Origin: Candidatus Melainabacteria bacterium 17Bon1m
Lineage (GTDB): Bacteria; Cyanobacteriota; Vampirovibrionia; Obscuribacterales; Obscuribacteraceae
Direction of reading: 5' to 3'
DNA: 64,000 nt
NCBI GenBank assembly: GCA_032128875.1
Contig: JAVLKG010000011.1
Location: 64,001 to 128,000 of the forward strand
In this document: positions 38,443 through 48,895 of the stretch, piece after piece
Position numbering within the stretch: the stretch's first letter is position 1
Layout of the letters: every line of letters starts with the position of its first letter
Translations under genes and position numbers: made by a program
Notes under the pieces: generated by a model
Seen by the model: the letters and a program-made list of their open reading frames with translations, nothing else
Told to the model about the DNA's origin: nothing
Databases searched by the model: none

Positions 38443-39654
38443 TTAATGATCAGCAAAGTGCGAAGTTCGTGGGCGCGTGTAAATGCGCGGCAACCTTACT
38501 CGCAAATTGCAAGCCAACTCGTAGGTAATGGTATCAAGCATTCCCGCCCATTGTGCAAGGGTTAGGCAGGGTGAATGTTGAGCGCCGGACTCGTCACCAC
38601 TGCTCTGCTCGTGCCCGATGAGCGTTATGACGTCTCCCTCTTGCGCCTGAGGCACGTCGGTTATATCCACTAACATCTGGTCCATACTAATGATTCCGAC
38701 CTGCGGAATTTGTTTTCCCATAAGAAGGCACGACATTCTATTTGATAGACGGCGATTGACCCCGTCTGCATAGCCGATGGGTATGGATGCCAGTCGCGAC
38801 TTTCTTTTAGCTGTCCAAGTGAAGTTGTATCCTGCTGATTCGCCTTCCTCAATTTCTTGGGTGTGATTGATGCGAGCGCGAACTGACATAGAAGGTATGA
38901 GAATCTCAGAGTCTTTCTTTGCTTCCAATCCGTACAGATATATGCCGACGCGGACCATGTCGTAATGTGTTTGCGGGAAATATCGAACTGCCTCACTGGA
39001 TGCCAGGTGGGATAGGAAAGGCGTTTTTATGACGGAGCGAGCGCGTTCCACGCATTGTTTAAAGACTGAATTTTGTTTTTGTGTCGCCTCTTGATCACCT
39101 GCCATCGCCAGATGGCTGAAGATACTCACGAGGTTCAAGCTTTCAGACTGCTTTACCAAATCCAGCATCGGTTCGAGATTTTGAGGCAACACACCCAAAC
39201 GGTGCATGCCGCTGTCGACCTTTATGTTGACCTTGGCGACCCGCTTTATTCTTTGGGCGGTCTGATTGACGTCTTTCAATTCTGAAAGAGATGTCACTGT
39301 CATGTCGAGGTCGGTCTCAATTGCGGTTTTGACCGCCCAATTCGGAGCCGGGCCAAGAATAAGCACAGGAGCTTTAATGTCGGCGGCTCTAAGTTGGCAA
39401 GCCTCGTCCACAGAAGCCACGCCAAGCCAGTCCGCGCCCATGGCGATGAGCATTTCAGCTACTTGAACGCTTCCATGTCCATAGCCGTCGCCCTTAACAA
39501 CCGCCATGATCTTTGTCTTCCTGGTTTGGGCGGATTTTCCACCTGGTAAAAAGCCCGAAACCGTAGACAGGTTCTTCTCTATGGCAGACAGGTCAACCTC
39601 TACCCAGGCATCGCGTCTGACTGATGACAGGGTTTGTTGTCTCTGTTGAACCAT
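38443..39654 (-). CDS. alr: Alanine racemase
   Basis: AVVKGDGYGHG (PLP lysine), KVDSGMHRLG, IGYADG, ISMDQ, TITYE. Confidence 0.96.
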   Translation of the reverse strand: MVQQRQQTLSSVRRDAWVEVDLSAIEKNLSTVSGFLPGGKSAQTRKTKIMAVVKGDGYGHGSVQVAEMLIAMGADWLGVASVDEACQLRAADIKAPVLILGPAPNWAVKTAIETDLDMTVTSLSELKDVNQTAQRIKRVAKVNIKVDSGMHRLGVLPQNLEPMLDLVKQSESLNLVSIFSHLAMAGDQEATQKQNSVFKQCVERARSVIKTPFLSHLASSEAVRYFPQTHYDMVRVGIYLYGLEAKKDSEILIPSMSVRARINHTQEIEEGESAGYNFTWTAKRKSRLASIPIGYADGVNRRLSNRMSCLLMGKQIPQVGIISMDQMLVDITDVPQAQEGDVITLIGHEQSSGDESGAQHSPCLTLAQWAGMLDTITYELACNLRVRLPRIYTRPRTSHFADH

Positions 39655-39892
39655 TAGTAATATCTCTAAACACGATAAATGTAGGACCCTTGCGGGGTTG
39701 AAACTTTATGCTAGCATTGCTCTCAGCCGTATTCACAAGTAGGCTCAGGCCTGCGCTTGTTTGAGTTTAGGTGACACTAAACTTAGTCATAGCATTCAAA
39801 TCTTCTAGATTCGAGTTCGGCAAAGGAAATTCTTGGAGTCTTTTGGAGTCCCTTTGGTAGAAGCGTCACCACTAGAATTTGGGAGTTGGGCC

Positions 39893-40174
39893 TTGAATAA
39901 AGCGGAATTAGTGGACATCGTGGCTAAAGAAGCAGCAACCACGAAGAAAGATGCCGAACAAGTTATCAACAAGATGATGGAAACCATCATCAAGCATGTT
40001 GCAACCGGCGAAAAAGTTACTTTGGTTGGATTCGGAACGTTCGAAGCACGTCAGCGCAAAGCGCGTACCGGCCGCAACCCTAAGACAAATGAACCTCTTC
40101 ATATTCCAGCGAAGCGTGTTCCTGGATTCAGAGTCGGCAAAGAATTTAGCGAAGCCGTCAACAAGAAAAAGTAG
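39893..40174 (+). CDS. hup: DNA-binding protein HU
   Basis: TTG start giving MNKAELV; GFGTF, RKARTGRNPKT. Confidence 0.96.
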   Translation: MNKAELVDIVAKEAATTKKDAEQVINKMMETIIKHVATGEKVTLVGFGTFEARQRKARTGRNPKTNEPLHIPAKRVPGFRVGKEFSEAVNKKK

Positions 40175-40199
40175 GCGACTCAGTCGCTGAGGAGACTTT

Positions 40200-41186
40200 T
40201 TGGAGTTCCCCAAGGTAGGACTTATAGGATGCGGCAACTGGGGTAAAAACCTGGTTCGCAACTTTGCCAACCTGGGCGCTCTTGCAGTCGTGTGTGACTC
40301 TGACCCGGTGAAGCTCGAGCATGTGAAGCGAGAGCATCGTGGGGTCAGAGTCACTGACAATTTTCAAACCATGCTGGATGACCAGGATGTGAAGGCGATC
40401 GTCGTGGCAACGCCATCGGACACGCACTTCGACCTGGCTAAGCGTGCACTTGTTGCCGGAAAACACGTTTATGTGGAAAAACCACTGGCACGGGACGTGA
40501 AGCACGCTGATGAGCTTGACGAGCTGGCTACAAAGAACAATCTCGTGCTCATGGTTGGGCACCTTTTGCTCTACCATCCTGCCGTCAATCACCTCAAAGA
40601 TTTGATTGCGTCAGGCGAATTGGGCGAGGTCTTGTTCGTTCGTTCGGACCGAATGAATTTGAACATGGCTCGCAGAGACTGGAATGTGCTGTGGGACCTG
40701 GCTCCGCACGACATCTCCATGATGAGCTATTTGCTCGATTGCGAAGACACTCAAGTCAGTCGCGTGGGTGGCTGGGACACGCACGGCGACGGTCTCGTCG
40801 ACGTTGCTTATCTTGATTTGTCTTTCCCTGTAAATGGAAAGGAAATTCCTGGACAGGTTCGCAACAGCTGGGTCGATCCGCAGAAACAAGTGCGGCTCAC
40901 GGTCAATGGCAGCCTGAAAACCGCTGTTTTGAACGATGCTCAGACTGAAAACAAGCTGGCATTGCACAGCCTCAATCGCGACGGGCGTACCGTTGTTGAG
41001 TATCCAAGTTATGCGGATACTGAACCTTTGAATGTTGAATGCGAACACTTCCTCAACTGCATTGCAACCGGCGAGAGACCTCGTACGGATGCCAATAACG
41101 CCTATCAAGTTGTTCGAATTCTTTCTGACGTTGAAAAACGCTTATCAGGAAGACCAAGTGCCAGAGCGGCTCTCGGCGTTAAGTAG
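40200..41186 (+). CDS. Gfo/Idh/MocA-family oxidoreductase
   Basis: IGCGNWG, GKHVYVEKP, MVGH, WDLAPHD. Confidence 0.93.
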   Translation: MEFPKVGLIGCGNWGKNLVRNFANLGALAVVCDSDPVKLEHVKREHRGVRVTDNFQTMLDDQDVKAIVVATPSDTHFDLAKRALVAGKHVYVEKPLARDVKHADELDELATKNNLVLMVGHLLLYHPAVNHLKDLIASGELGEVLFVRSDRMNLNMARRDWNVLWDLAPHDISMMSYLLDCEDTQVSRVGGWDTHGDGLVDVAYLDLSFPVNGKEIPGQVRNSWVDPQKQVRLTVNGSLKTAVLNDAQTENKLALHSLNRDGRTVVEYPSYADTEPLNVECEHFLNCIATGERPRTDANNAYQVVRILSDVEKRLSGRPSARAALGVK

Positions 41187-41300
41187 ATTGTCAGTTAGTG
41201 GCGTTGGCGCCAATTACTAAATAGATTTCGGCAAAATCTGTTTACGTGCCTTTTGAATTCTTGAGGCAACGCGCTATATAATGAGGAACGCGCTGAAATT

Positions 41301-41375
41301 GCGGGAGTAATTCAGTGGTAGAATGCCTCCTTGCCAAGGAGGATGTCGCGAGTTCGAGCCTCGTCTCCCGCTCCA
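41301..41375 (+). tRNA. tRNA-Gly (GCC)
   Basis: Acceptor GCGGGAG/CTCCCGC, D arm with TGGTAG, anticodon arm CCTCC-TTGCCAA-GGAGG, TTCGAG T loop, encoded CCA. Confidence 0.97.
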
Positions 41376-41440
41376 TTTTTGTCTGAAATCATTGTGCCGA
41401 TTCCGCGAAGGAACCGGCGTTTCAGTCTGTGCTTTCGGTT

Positions 41441-41494
41441 GTACGGGAGCCGTAAGCGGCTCCCTGCACAGGGCTGCGCATGCGCAGCCCGTAC
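41441..41494. repeat. REP-like double-hairpin element, divergent copy
   Basis: GTACGGGAGCCGTAAGCGGCTCCC-TGCACA-GGGCTGCGCATGCGCAGCCC-GTAC; same architecture as the other two copies. Confidence 0.85.
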
Positions 41495-41589
41495 GAAGTG
41501 ATCCTGCTATATTAGGTCGAGCGACGGACTTAGCCGCTCGATTTGTTTACAGCCGTTCCAGCCATCCCAATCTGAAGGAATATGCACTG

Positions 41590-42183
41590 ATGGCAGACGA
41601 CCCCAAGCCTGAGAAGTCCGGTCAATCTGAATCGTTTCAGGGCGAAAAGAAGCCTTCTGTGAAAGATTTAGAGAAGAAACCAGATCTTGTCGCCAAAGAC
41701 GAAAAGTCGGCTGTTCCTCCTCTGCAACTGAAAAACCTGCCTTTGCCGGACTCTGCAACTACGCCTGAGGCTCCCAAAACAGGCATAGCTGCGCGCCGCT
41801 CTCGCTGGGAGAGCAGTTTTGCTGCAATCAGATACATCAATAGTCTTGGTCGCGATGAAGAAGTCAAAGTTCGCGACAGCGACCGTGCCACGACTATTTT
41901 TCTTTTACTTGCTTCGATTCTCACTGTTTTATCCCTTGTCATCAAGCCGTTTGCGGGCATGCGCCTGCAGTTTGTGCTGATTTGTGATCTGCTTGTTGGC
42001 GTAATGCTTATCTTCTATCTCGCCAATCGTTTTGGCATTATCAACACGCTAACGCCGCGCCAGGCTCTTTTGACGTGGCAGTTGATCATGGGCTCGGCAT
42101 TTCTGGGTATCTTCATGACAATCAATCTCGCCGTTGTAATTGGCTTGCTGATTGCTAATACATCTATCGACATCACTCGATAG
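41590..42183 (+). CDS. Membrane hypothetical protein (3 C-terminal TM)
   Basis: ATG 41590 after AAGGA; disordered N-terminus, then three hydrophobic segments. Confidence 0.75.
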   Translation: MADDPKPEKSGQSESFQGEKKPSVKDLEKKPDLVAKDEKSAVPPLQLKNLPLPDSATTPEAPKTGIAARRSRWESSFAAIRYINSLGRDEEVKVRDSDRATTIFLLLASILTVLSLVIKPFAGMRLQFVLICDLLVGVMLIFYLANRFGIINTLTPRQALLTWQLIMGSAFLGIFMTINLAVVIGLLIANTSIDITR

Positions 42184-42340
42184 ACATTGTTAAAGAGAGC
42201 CTGTAGGAAAGGTTAATTCCCTGCATTCGCATGATAAAATCAGCGCCTGCACGCGGTTCTAAGGCTCTTGTTTGAATAAAACAAACCGGCCGGCCGTTGC
42301 CTTGTCACCCAATATATACAAACGGAACAGGTAATTAGAA

Positions 42341-43819
42341 ATGAAAGTCACCCTTGAAAGGGAAGGCAAGAACATAGTTCGTATGGGCTTGGAGCTTGAA
42401 TCCGACAAAGCTGACAAAGCTTATGAGCTGGCCTGCCGGCAGCTCGCGGGAAAGATCAATATCCCAGGATTTAGACGTGGCAAGGCGCCCCGCAATATTA
42501 TTGAAAAGACACTCGGCGTCGATTACATCAAGCGCGAAGCTCTCGAGCGTCTCGTGCCGGAATTGCTCACCAGAGCCATTCTTGACGAAAACCTCGACGT
42601 AATCACCGAGCCGGAAATCGACAACTGCGATTTCGAATTGGGTGCACCGCTCAAGCTCAATGCTAAATTCGAAGTTCGCCCGGAAGTGACACTTGGTCAG
42701 TATCTTGGTATTTCAGCTGAAGTTCCTGAAGCAGTAATGCCGGAAGATGCGCTCGACAAAGCATTGCAATCGGTTGCCGAATCTAAGTCTTCGATGGCTC
42801 CGGTACCGGATCGCGAAGTGAAGATGGGTGACACTGTATTGATGGACTTCGAATGCAAAGTAGATGGCGAAGTCGTCGAAGGCGGCAAGGCTCAAGGACT
42901 TTTGCTCGAACTGCGTGAAGGCGCATTCCTGGAAGGCTTCTGCGAGCAAGTCGTAGGCAAAATGCCGAACACTGATTTTGAAGTCGAAGCGAAATTCCCA
43001 CCAACTTACAGAAACAAGGAGCTGGCTGGAAAAGACGCTAAGTTCAGTGTTTCCCTCAAAGAAATCAGAGAGCGCACCATTCCTGATGTGAATGAAGAAC
43101 TCGCCAAGGAAGTTGGATACGAAAATCTCGATCAACTCAAAGATTTCCTCAAAGAGCGCATTCAAGAAGAGATCAAGCAAGAAAACGACATGCGTTCGCA
43201 ACGCGCAGTAGTCGATGCTGTGGTCGCTCAAGCCAAAGTAGATATTCCCGAAACCATGATCGAGCGCGAACAACAGCTCCTCATGCACCAGCTCAAGCGC
43301 TACTTCGAGCAAACCGGCCAACCGTTCGAAGAATTCGAGCGCTCCGAAGAGTTCAAAGGTGTGAAGGATTCGAAGTTCGAAGAAGCCAAACAACGCGTTT
43401 TGACCAGCTTGGTTCTTGGTGCCGTCGTCAGACAAGAAAAAATGACTGTCCAGGACGAAGAGATGACGCCGTATATCGCTGAGTTGGTTCAGCGCTATCA
43501 AGTGCCTGTCGAGCAAGTTGCACGCAACGAAGAAGTGCGCCGTCAGATCATGGAAGAAGTCTTGACTAACAAAGTTGTTGAATACTTGGTCAGCAAGGCA
43601 AATATCAAATTCGTAGAAGAACCGGCTCACGAGCATGGTCCTGGCTGCGATCATGACCACGAGCACGGCAAAGAAGATAAGGCGAAAGCAAAGGCAGACA
43701 AGAAACCTGAAGCTAAGAAAGAAGCCGAAGCGGATGCGGAAAAGAAGCCCGCTAAAAAGGCAGAAGCCAAGGAAGAAGAGAAGCCTAAAGAGAAAGCCGG
43801 CAAAAAAGGCAAATCCTAG
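42341..43819 (+). CDS. tig: Trigger factor
   Basis: IPGFRRGKAP signature, FKBP-like middle domain, upstream of clpP. Confidence 0.96.
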   Translation: MKVTLEREGKNIVRMGLELESDKADKAYELACRQLAGKINIPGFRRGKAPRNIIEKTLGVDYIKREALERLVPELLTRAILDENLDVITEPEIDNCDFELGAPLKLNAKFEVRPEVTLGQYLGISAEVPEAVMPEDALDKALQSVAESKSSMAPVPDREVKMGDTVLMDFECKVDGEVVEGGKAQGLLLELREGAFLEGFCEQVVGKMPNTDFEVEAKFPPTYRNKELAGKDAKFSVSLKEIRERTIPDVNEELAKEVGYENLDQLKDFLKERIQEEIKQENDMRSQRAVVDAVVAQAKVDIPETMIEREQQLLMHQLKRYFEQTGQPFEEFERSEEFKGVKDSKFEEAKQRVLTSLVLGAVVRQEKMTVQDEEMTPYIAELVQRYQVPVEQVARNEEVRRQIMEEVLTNKVVEYLVSKANIKFVEEPAHEHGPGCDHDHEHGKEDKAKAKADKKPEAKKEAEADAEKKPAKKAEAKEEEKPKEKAGKKGKS

Positions 43820-44046
43820 ATAGATACCGGTTTTCGCCAAGATCTAGTAAGATTGCGATTTAATGCCGCTTTTTTAGCAGGCATTGGATAATATCGTTGT
43901 ACTTTTTTGCACCCTTACTCACGTGCATCTGTTTGGCAGACAATTAGCTATATACGGCTAGTTCTTAAAGTCTGAAAATTCGTGCTAACGTGATGTTAAG
44001 CAATAAAAATAACTAGTAATTTGAACAACAATTTGGAAGGAAGAAA

Positions 44047-44724
44047 ATGTCGATAAAGCGTCCATCAAGGAATGATGTGTATGAACTCTGGAGCGAGACT
44101 CCGGCAGCACAATCGCCCATGTCCTATTACCCCCCCACAGTTATCGAAACTACCGCCAGGGGCGAGCGCGCTTTTGACATCTTTTCGAGACTGCTTCGTG
44201 AGCGCATCATCTTCTTGGGCATGCCCATTGATGACGCCGTTGCGAATTTAATCGTTGCTCAATTGCTTTTGTTGGAAGGCGAAGATCCGGAAAAAGATAT
44301 ACGTCTATACGTAAACTCGCCAGGTGGCTCGGTTACAGCTGGTCTTGCCATCTATGACACCATTCAACATATACGTTCCGATGTTTCAACGATTTGTTTA
44401 GGACAAGCTGCCTCGATGGGAGCTTTTCTACTGGCTGCTGGGTCTAAGGGAAAGAGATTGGCACTGCCACATGCTCGTATCCTGATCCACCAACCGTTGG
44501 GCGGAGCGCAAGGACAAGCAACCGACATCGAGATTCAGGCGCGCGAAATTCTTCGCATCAAGCGTCAGCTCAATGAGCTTCTTGCGCATCACACCGGTCA
44601 GACAGTTAAACAAATTGAAAAGGATACAGACCGAGATAATATAATGACAGCTGAGGAAGCCAAGGAGTATGGTCTAGTAGATGAAGTGATTGCCAGGGTA
44701 GAACCTGCACTTTCAGCCGTTTAG
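44047..44724 (+). CDS. clpP: Clp protease proteolytic subunit
   Basis: [36 protein letters not shown]. Confidence 0.98.
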   Translation: MSIKRPSRNDVYELWSETPAAQSPMSYYPPTVIETTARGERAFDIFSRLLRERIIFLGMPIDDAVANLIVAQLLLLEGEDPEKDIRLYVNSPGGSVTAGLAIYDTIQHIRSDVSTICLGQAASMGAFLLAAGSKGKRLALPHARILIHQPLGGAQGQATDIEIQAREILRIKRQLNELLAHHTGQTVKQIEKDTDRDNIMTAEEAKEYGLVDEVIARVEPALSAV

Positions 44725-44814
44725 GCAATACAACCAGAATTCTGGGCACCGCCTCGAAATTATAGAAAAACCTATATAACAGACCGCCGGAAACACCTAA
44801 TAGAAGGACAACAG

Positions 44815-46113
44815 ATGCCAAAGCAGTCAGACAACCGTCTTAAGTGCTCATTCTGTGGAAAGAGTCAGGATCAGGTCAAAAAACTGATTGCTGGGCCGGG
44901 TGTGTATATATGCGACGAATGCGTCGACCTCTGCAACGAGATTCTCGATGAAGAGCTCTTCGACGGCGCGCCGCAACCTGCTGCGTCCGAGGCGGTGCTT
45001 CCAAACCTGGTAGATATACCGAAGCCGCAAGAGATTAAGAGCTTCCTTGATCAGCACATTGTTGGTCAGACTTCAGCTAAGAAGATCCTGTCGGTAGCTG
45101 TGTACAACCACTACAAGCGGATTAGCCACAATTCGGAGATGTCCGAGCAAGTGGAAATCCAAAAGTCCAACATCTTGCTCATTGGTCCGACCGGATGCGG
45201 AAAGACCCTGTTGGCTCAGACTTTAGCTAAATTGCTGGATGTTCCGTTTGCAGTTGCTGACGCAACCACTCTTACGGAAGCCGGCTATGTTGGCGAAGAC
45301 GTAGAAAACATCTTGCTGCGTCTTTATCAAGCTGCCGACTACGACATTAAGAAGGCAGAGCGCGGAATTATCTATATCGATGAAATCGACAAGATTTCTC
45401 GTAAGTCTGAAAACACTTCGATCACGCGTGACGTGTCAGGTGAAGGTGTTCAGCAAGCGCTCTTGAAGATGATTGAAGGAACGGTCGCCAACGTACCGCC
45501 ACAAGGTGGACGTAAGCACCCGCACCAAGAGTTCATCCAAATCAATACAGCCAATATCCTCTTTATTTGCGGCGGCGCATTCGTTGGTCTAGACAAGATT
45601 GTCGAAGCTCGGGTGTCCTCCAACCGCAATATTGGTTTCGGCTCCGATCGCCCGCTTACAGCTTGGGAGCGCGAGCTCAAAGCCAGCAAGATTCTCAAAG
45701 ACACAGCGCCGGACGATTTGCTCAAATTCGGCTTGATTCCCGAATTTGTCGGACGTATGCCTGTTATCGCCGTGCTCGAATCGCTTGATGAAGAAGCACT
45801 CGTCAAAATTCTTGTCGAGCCGAAGAATGCCATTCTCAAGCAGTATCAGCAATTGCTGCATCTGGATGGTGTTGACCTCAAATTTGACCAGGAAGCCATT
45901 ACCGCTGTCGCTGAAGAAGCAATTAAGCGGAAGACAGGTGCCAGAGCCCTTCGCGCGATTGTCGAGGAAATAATGCTCGACATCATGTATGAAGTGCCAT
46001 CGAGAAGCGATATCAAGGCAGTTCACATTACAAAAGAACTCGTCGAAAAACGCTCCACGGCAGAGCTTCTCCAGTTGCCAAATAAGACAAAGCCTAAAGG
46101 AGAGATTGCCTGA
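44815..46113 (+). CDS. clpX: Clp protease ATP-binding subunit
   Basis: CSFCGK zinc finger, [29 protein letters not shown] loop. Confidence 0.98.
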   Translation: MPKQSDNRLKCSFCGKSQDQVKKLIAGPGVYICDECVDLCNEILDEELFDGAPQPAASEAVLPNLVDIPKPQEIKSFLDQHIVGQTSAKKILSVAVYNHYKRISHNSEMSEQVEIQKSNILLIGPTGCGKTLLAQTLAKLLDVPFAVADATTLTEAGYVGEDVENILLRLYQAADYDIKKAERGIIYIDEIDKISRKSENTSITRDVSGEGVQQALLKMIEGTVANVPPQGGRKHPHQEFIQINTANILFICGGAFVGLDKIVEARVSSNRNIGFGSDRPLTAWERELKASKILKDTAPDDLLKFGLIPEFVGRMPVIAVLESLDEEALVKILVEPKNAILKQYQQLLHLDGVDLKFDQEAITAVAEEAIKRKTGARALRAIVEEIMLDIMYEVPSRSDIKAVHITKELVEKRSTAELLQLPNKTKPKGEIA

Positions 46114-46173
46114 GGAAGAAATTTCTCTCGGCACGCCGTACAATCTATAGTCCGTTAAGGCGCTTGAGGCAGT

Positions 46174-48579
46174 ATGGCCGTTTTGAGCACAACTTCTTTT
46201 TCGCTGATTCCTTTGAGGGACGTTGTTGTTTTTCCTCAAATGGTTCAGGCACTCTTTGTTAGCCGTCCGAAATCAATTGCCGCTCTCGAGCAAGCTTTGC
46301 TGCGCGACGATCGGCTGGTAGTTTTGGTCGCTCAAAAAGACCCTGAGTGCGAGAATCCCAAAGAAGAGGACATCTACCAACTCGGCACGCTGGCTGAAGT
46401 CATGCAGATGTTAAAACTGCCCGACGGCACCGTGAAAGCGCTTGTCGAAGGCTCCTGCCGCGTCACGCTCGACAAAGTTATTGATGATCCTGAGCACTTC
46501 TCTGCAGTTGTGACAACGCAAGACGAAGTGATCCAAGAAGACGAATCGACAAAGACTCTGGTCAGAGTAGCTGTTGAGAAGTTCGAGCAGTACGTTAAAA
46601 CCACCAAGAAAATCAATCCGGAAAGCTTGCTTGCTGTCTCTGGCATCGGACAACCAGGGCGCCTGGCGGATATCATCGCCACTTACCTGGGGCTTGATCT
46701 TGCCGAGCGTCAAAAGTGTCTCGAGATCATTGATGCTACCGAGCGCCTAGAGTTTGTCAGCCAGCTGCTTTCAAGAGAATTGGAGTTTGCTGAATTAGAA
46801 CAGCAAATTCATGATCGTGTTCGTTTCAACCTTGAAAAGACCCAGCGCGAGTACTATTTGCGCGAAAAAATCAGGATTATTCAAGATGAGCTGAACGCCG
46901 AAGGCGAGCAGCAAGGTGAGATTGCTGAGTATAAGCAGAAGATCGCCAAGGCTAAGATCACCGGTGTTGCGTTGGAAAAGGCGCAGAAAGAACTTTCGCG
47001 CCTTGAAAAAATGATGCCTCAGAGCGCTGAGGCTGCGGTTATTCGCACGTATTTAGACACTATTGTTTCTTTGCCCTGGTCGAAGCGTTCGCGCGAAGTC
47101 ATCGACTTGGAGCGGGCCGATGAGATTCTAGAAGAAGACCACTATGGGCTCGACAAGGTCAAAGAGCGCATTATCGAATACCTGGCTGTGCGCAAACTTT
47201 CCCGCCAGGCTCAAGGAACGATTCTTTGTCTGGTCGGACCACCGGGTGTCGGTAAAACCAGTCTGGTCAAGTCAATTGCTCGCAGCATGAATCGTAAGTT
47301 TGCTCGCATTAGTTTGGGTGGCGTCAATGACGAAGCCGAAATCCGCGGACATAGACGCACTTACATCGGCGCCATGCCGGGTCGTATTATTCAAGCGATC
47401 AAACAATCAGGGACAAAAAACCCTGTTATCTTGCTTGATGAAGTCGAGAAGATGACACGCAGTTATATGGGCGATCCTACGGCTGCCATGCTGGAAGTTC
47501 TCGATCCTGATCAGAATATTGACTTTACTGATCACTATTTGGATGCGCCATTCTCACTGGCCGAAGTGATGTTCGTCGCTACCGCTAATACGTTGGATTA
47601 TGTTCCAAGACCGCTCCACGACCGTCTCGAGGTCATTCATATCTCCGGTTATACCGAAGAAGAGAAGGTCGCCATTGCGGAGCAGCATGTCATTCCTAAG
47701 ACGCTCGAAAAGCATGGTCTGACCAATAAGCAATTGAAATTCCAAGATGCTTCGATAAGAAAAATCATTCAGGAATACACTCGCGAAGCTGGTGTCCGTG
47801 CGCTTGAGCGCTGTATTGCTACAGTGGCAAGAAAAGTCGCTACGCACATAGTTAAGAAGAAAGATGCGACCGTGAAAGTAACACCGAATCTGGTGCCTAC
47901 TTATCTGGGTCCGCCCAAAGTCGTGCGTGAAGGTGAGGTTCGCGGACCGCAAATCGGCATTGTCACCGGGCTTGCCTGGACAGAGATTGGCGGTGAGACC
48001 CTTTCGGTTGAGGTAAATATCATGCCCGGCAAAGGCAAACTGCAATTGACCGGACAATTGGGCGACGTAATGAAAGAGTCTGCTCATGCGGCTTTCAGCT
48101 ATGTGCGCAGCCATGCATCCAAGCTCAATCTCAATGCCAATTTTCACGACGAAATCGACATTCACGTGCATATACCAGAAGGCGCCATTCCTAAAGACGG
48201 TCCTTCTGCCGGCATTGCACTGGCAACGGCAATGCTCTCAGCCGTTTCAAAACGCGCTGTAAGGTCTTCCCTGGCAATGACAGGTGAAATCACTCTTAGA
48301 GGGCGAGTGCTGCCTATAGGCGGGCTTAAGGAGAAGGTTCTGGCGGCTCTGCGGCAGGGGATCAAAACCGTTCTTTATCCCAAAGGCAATGAAAAAGACC
48401 TCAGTGAAATTCCTGACTATGTTCAAAAGCGCATAGAACTTGTCCCCGTGGCACATTTGGACGAAGTCTTCAAAATTGCTTTCACCGACAATTCGAAAAA
48501 TCCACCGCAAGGAAAATCGCGCGCTGTTCAACGCGTGGTTGCTAAGAGGGGCGCTAAGAGAAGCGCAAAACGTTCGTAG
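46174..48579 (+). CDS. lon: Lon protease
   Basis: [26 protein letters not shown] catalytic Ser, IGGLKEK. Confidence 0.98.
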   Translation: MAVLSTTSFSLIPLRDVVVFPQMVQALFVSRPKSIAALEQALLRDDRLVVLVAQKDPECENPKEEDIYQLGTLAEVMQMLKLPDGTVKALVEGSCRVTLDKVIDDPEHFSAVVTTQDEVIQEDESTKTLVRVAVEKFEQYVKTTKKINPESLLAVSGIGQPGRLADIIATYLGLDLAERQKCLEIIDATERLEFVSQLLSRELEFAELEQQIHDRVRFNLEKTQREYYLREKIRIIQDELNAEGEQQGEIAEYKQKIAKAKITGVALEKAQKELSRLEKMMPQSAEAAVIRTYLDTIVSLPWSKRSREVIDLERADEILEEDHYGLDKVKERIIEYLAVRKLSRQAQGTILCLVGPPGVGKTSLVKSIARSMNRKFARISLGGVNDEAEIRGHRRTYIGAMPGRIIQAIKQSGTKNPVILLDEVEKMTRSYMGDPTAAMLEVLDPDQNIDFTDHYLDAPFSLAEVMFVATANTLDYVPRPLHDRLEVIHISGYTEEEKVAIAEQHVIPKTLEKHGLTNKQLKFQDASIRKIIQEYTREAGVRALERCIATVARKVATHIVKKKDATVKVTPNLVPTYLGPPKVVREGEVRGPQIGIVTGLAWTEIGGETLSVEVNIMPGKGKLQLTGQLGDVMKESAHAAFSYVRSHASKLNLNANFHDEIDIHVHIPEGAIPKDGPSAGIALATAMLSAVSKRAVRSSLAMTGEITLRGRVLPIGGLKEKVLAALRQGIKTVLYPKGNEKDLSEIPDYVQKRIELVPVAHLDEVFKIAFTDNSKNPPQGKSRAVQRVVAKRGAKRSAKRS

Positions 48580-48628
48580 GGGCGGTGCATGCGCCGCCCT
48601 GCCAGGGAGCCGCATGCGGCTCACGTAC
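48576..48628 (+). repeat. REP-like double-hairpin element, copy 2
   Basis: GTAGGGGCGGTGCATGCGCCGCCCTGCCAGGGAGCCGCATGCGGCTCACGTAC. Confidence 0.9.
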
Positions 48629-48895
48629 GTAATGAACGGAATTAGGCCGAATTGGCTACAGGGGTACCCCTTTGAAGCAAATTGCCTTATCGCGTTAGAA
48701 AAAAATGGCGAGACGCCGCAGACGGGGTTGCGATGCTTGTCAATTACCGCGAGAATACTAAATATGGCGGGTTACGCCATTTTTAGTTGATATGATCAGC
48801 GTGCTATTTGGGTACCTCAAGCCCCGTGTCTGCTTCTTTTGGAGCCATGCGGGTCGGGGGGATGTTCATCCTGCACGCGCATATAGGAGCTCTCC

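Noticed and set aside
41301-41500. tRNA-Gly as an integration site for an island
   Set aside because: No integrase and no duplicated tRNA 3' end seen; flanks are housekeeping genes.
41323-41589. N-terminal 89 codons of the 286-aa ORF
   Set aside because: They run through tRNA-Gly and a REP-like element; the likely start is ATG 41590.
42713-43840. 375-aa minus-strand ORF
   Set aside because: Antisense shadow of tig; Phe/Leu richness mirrors Lys/Glu codons.
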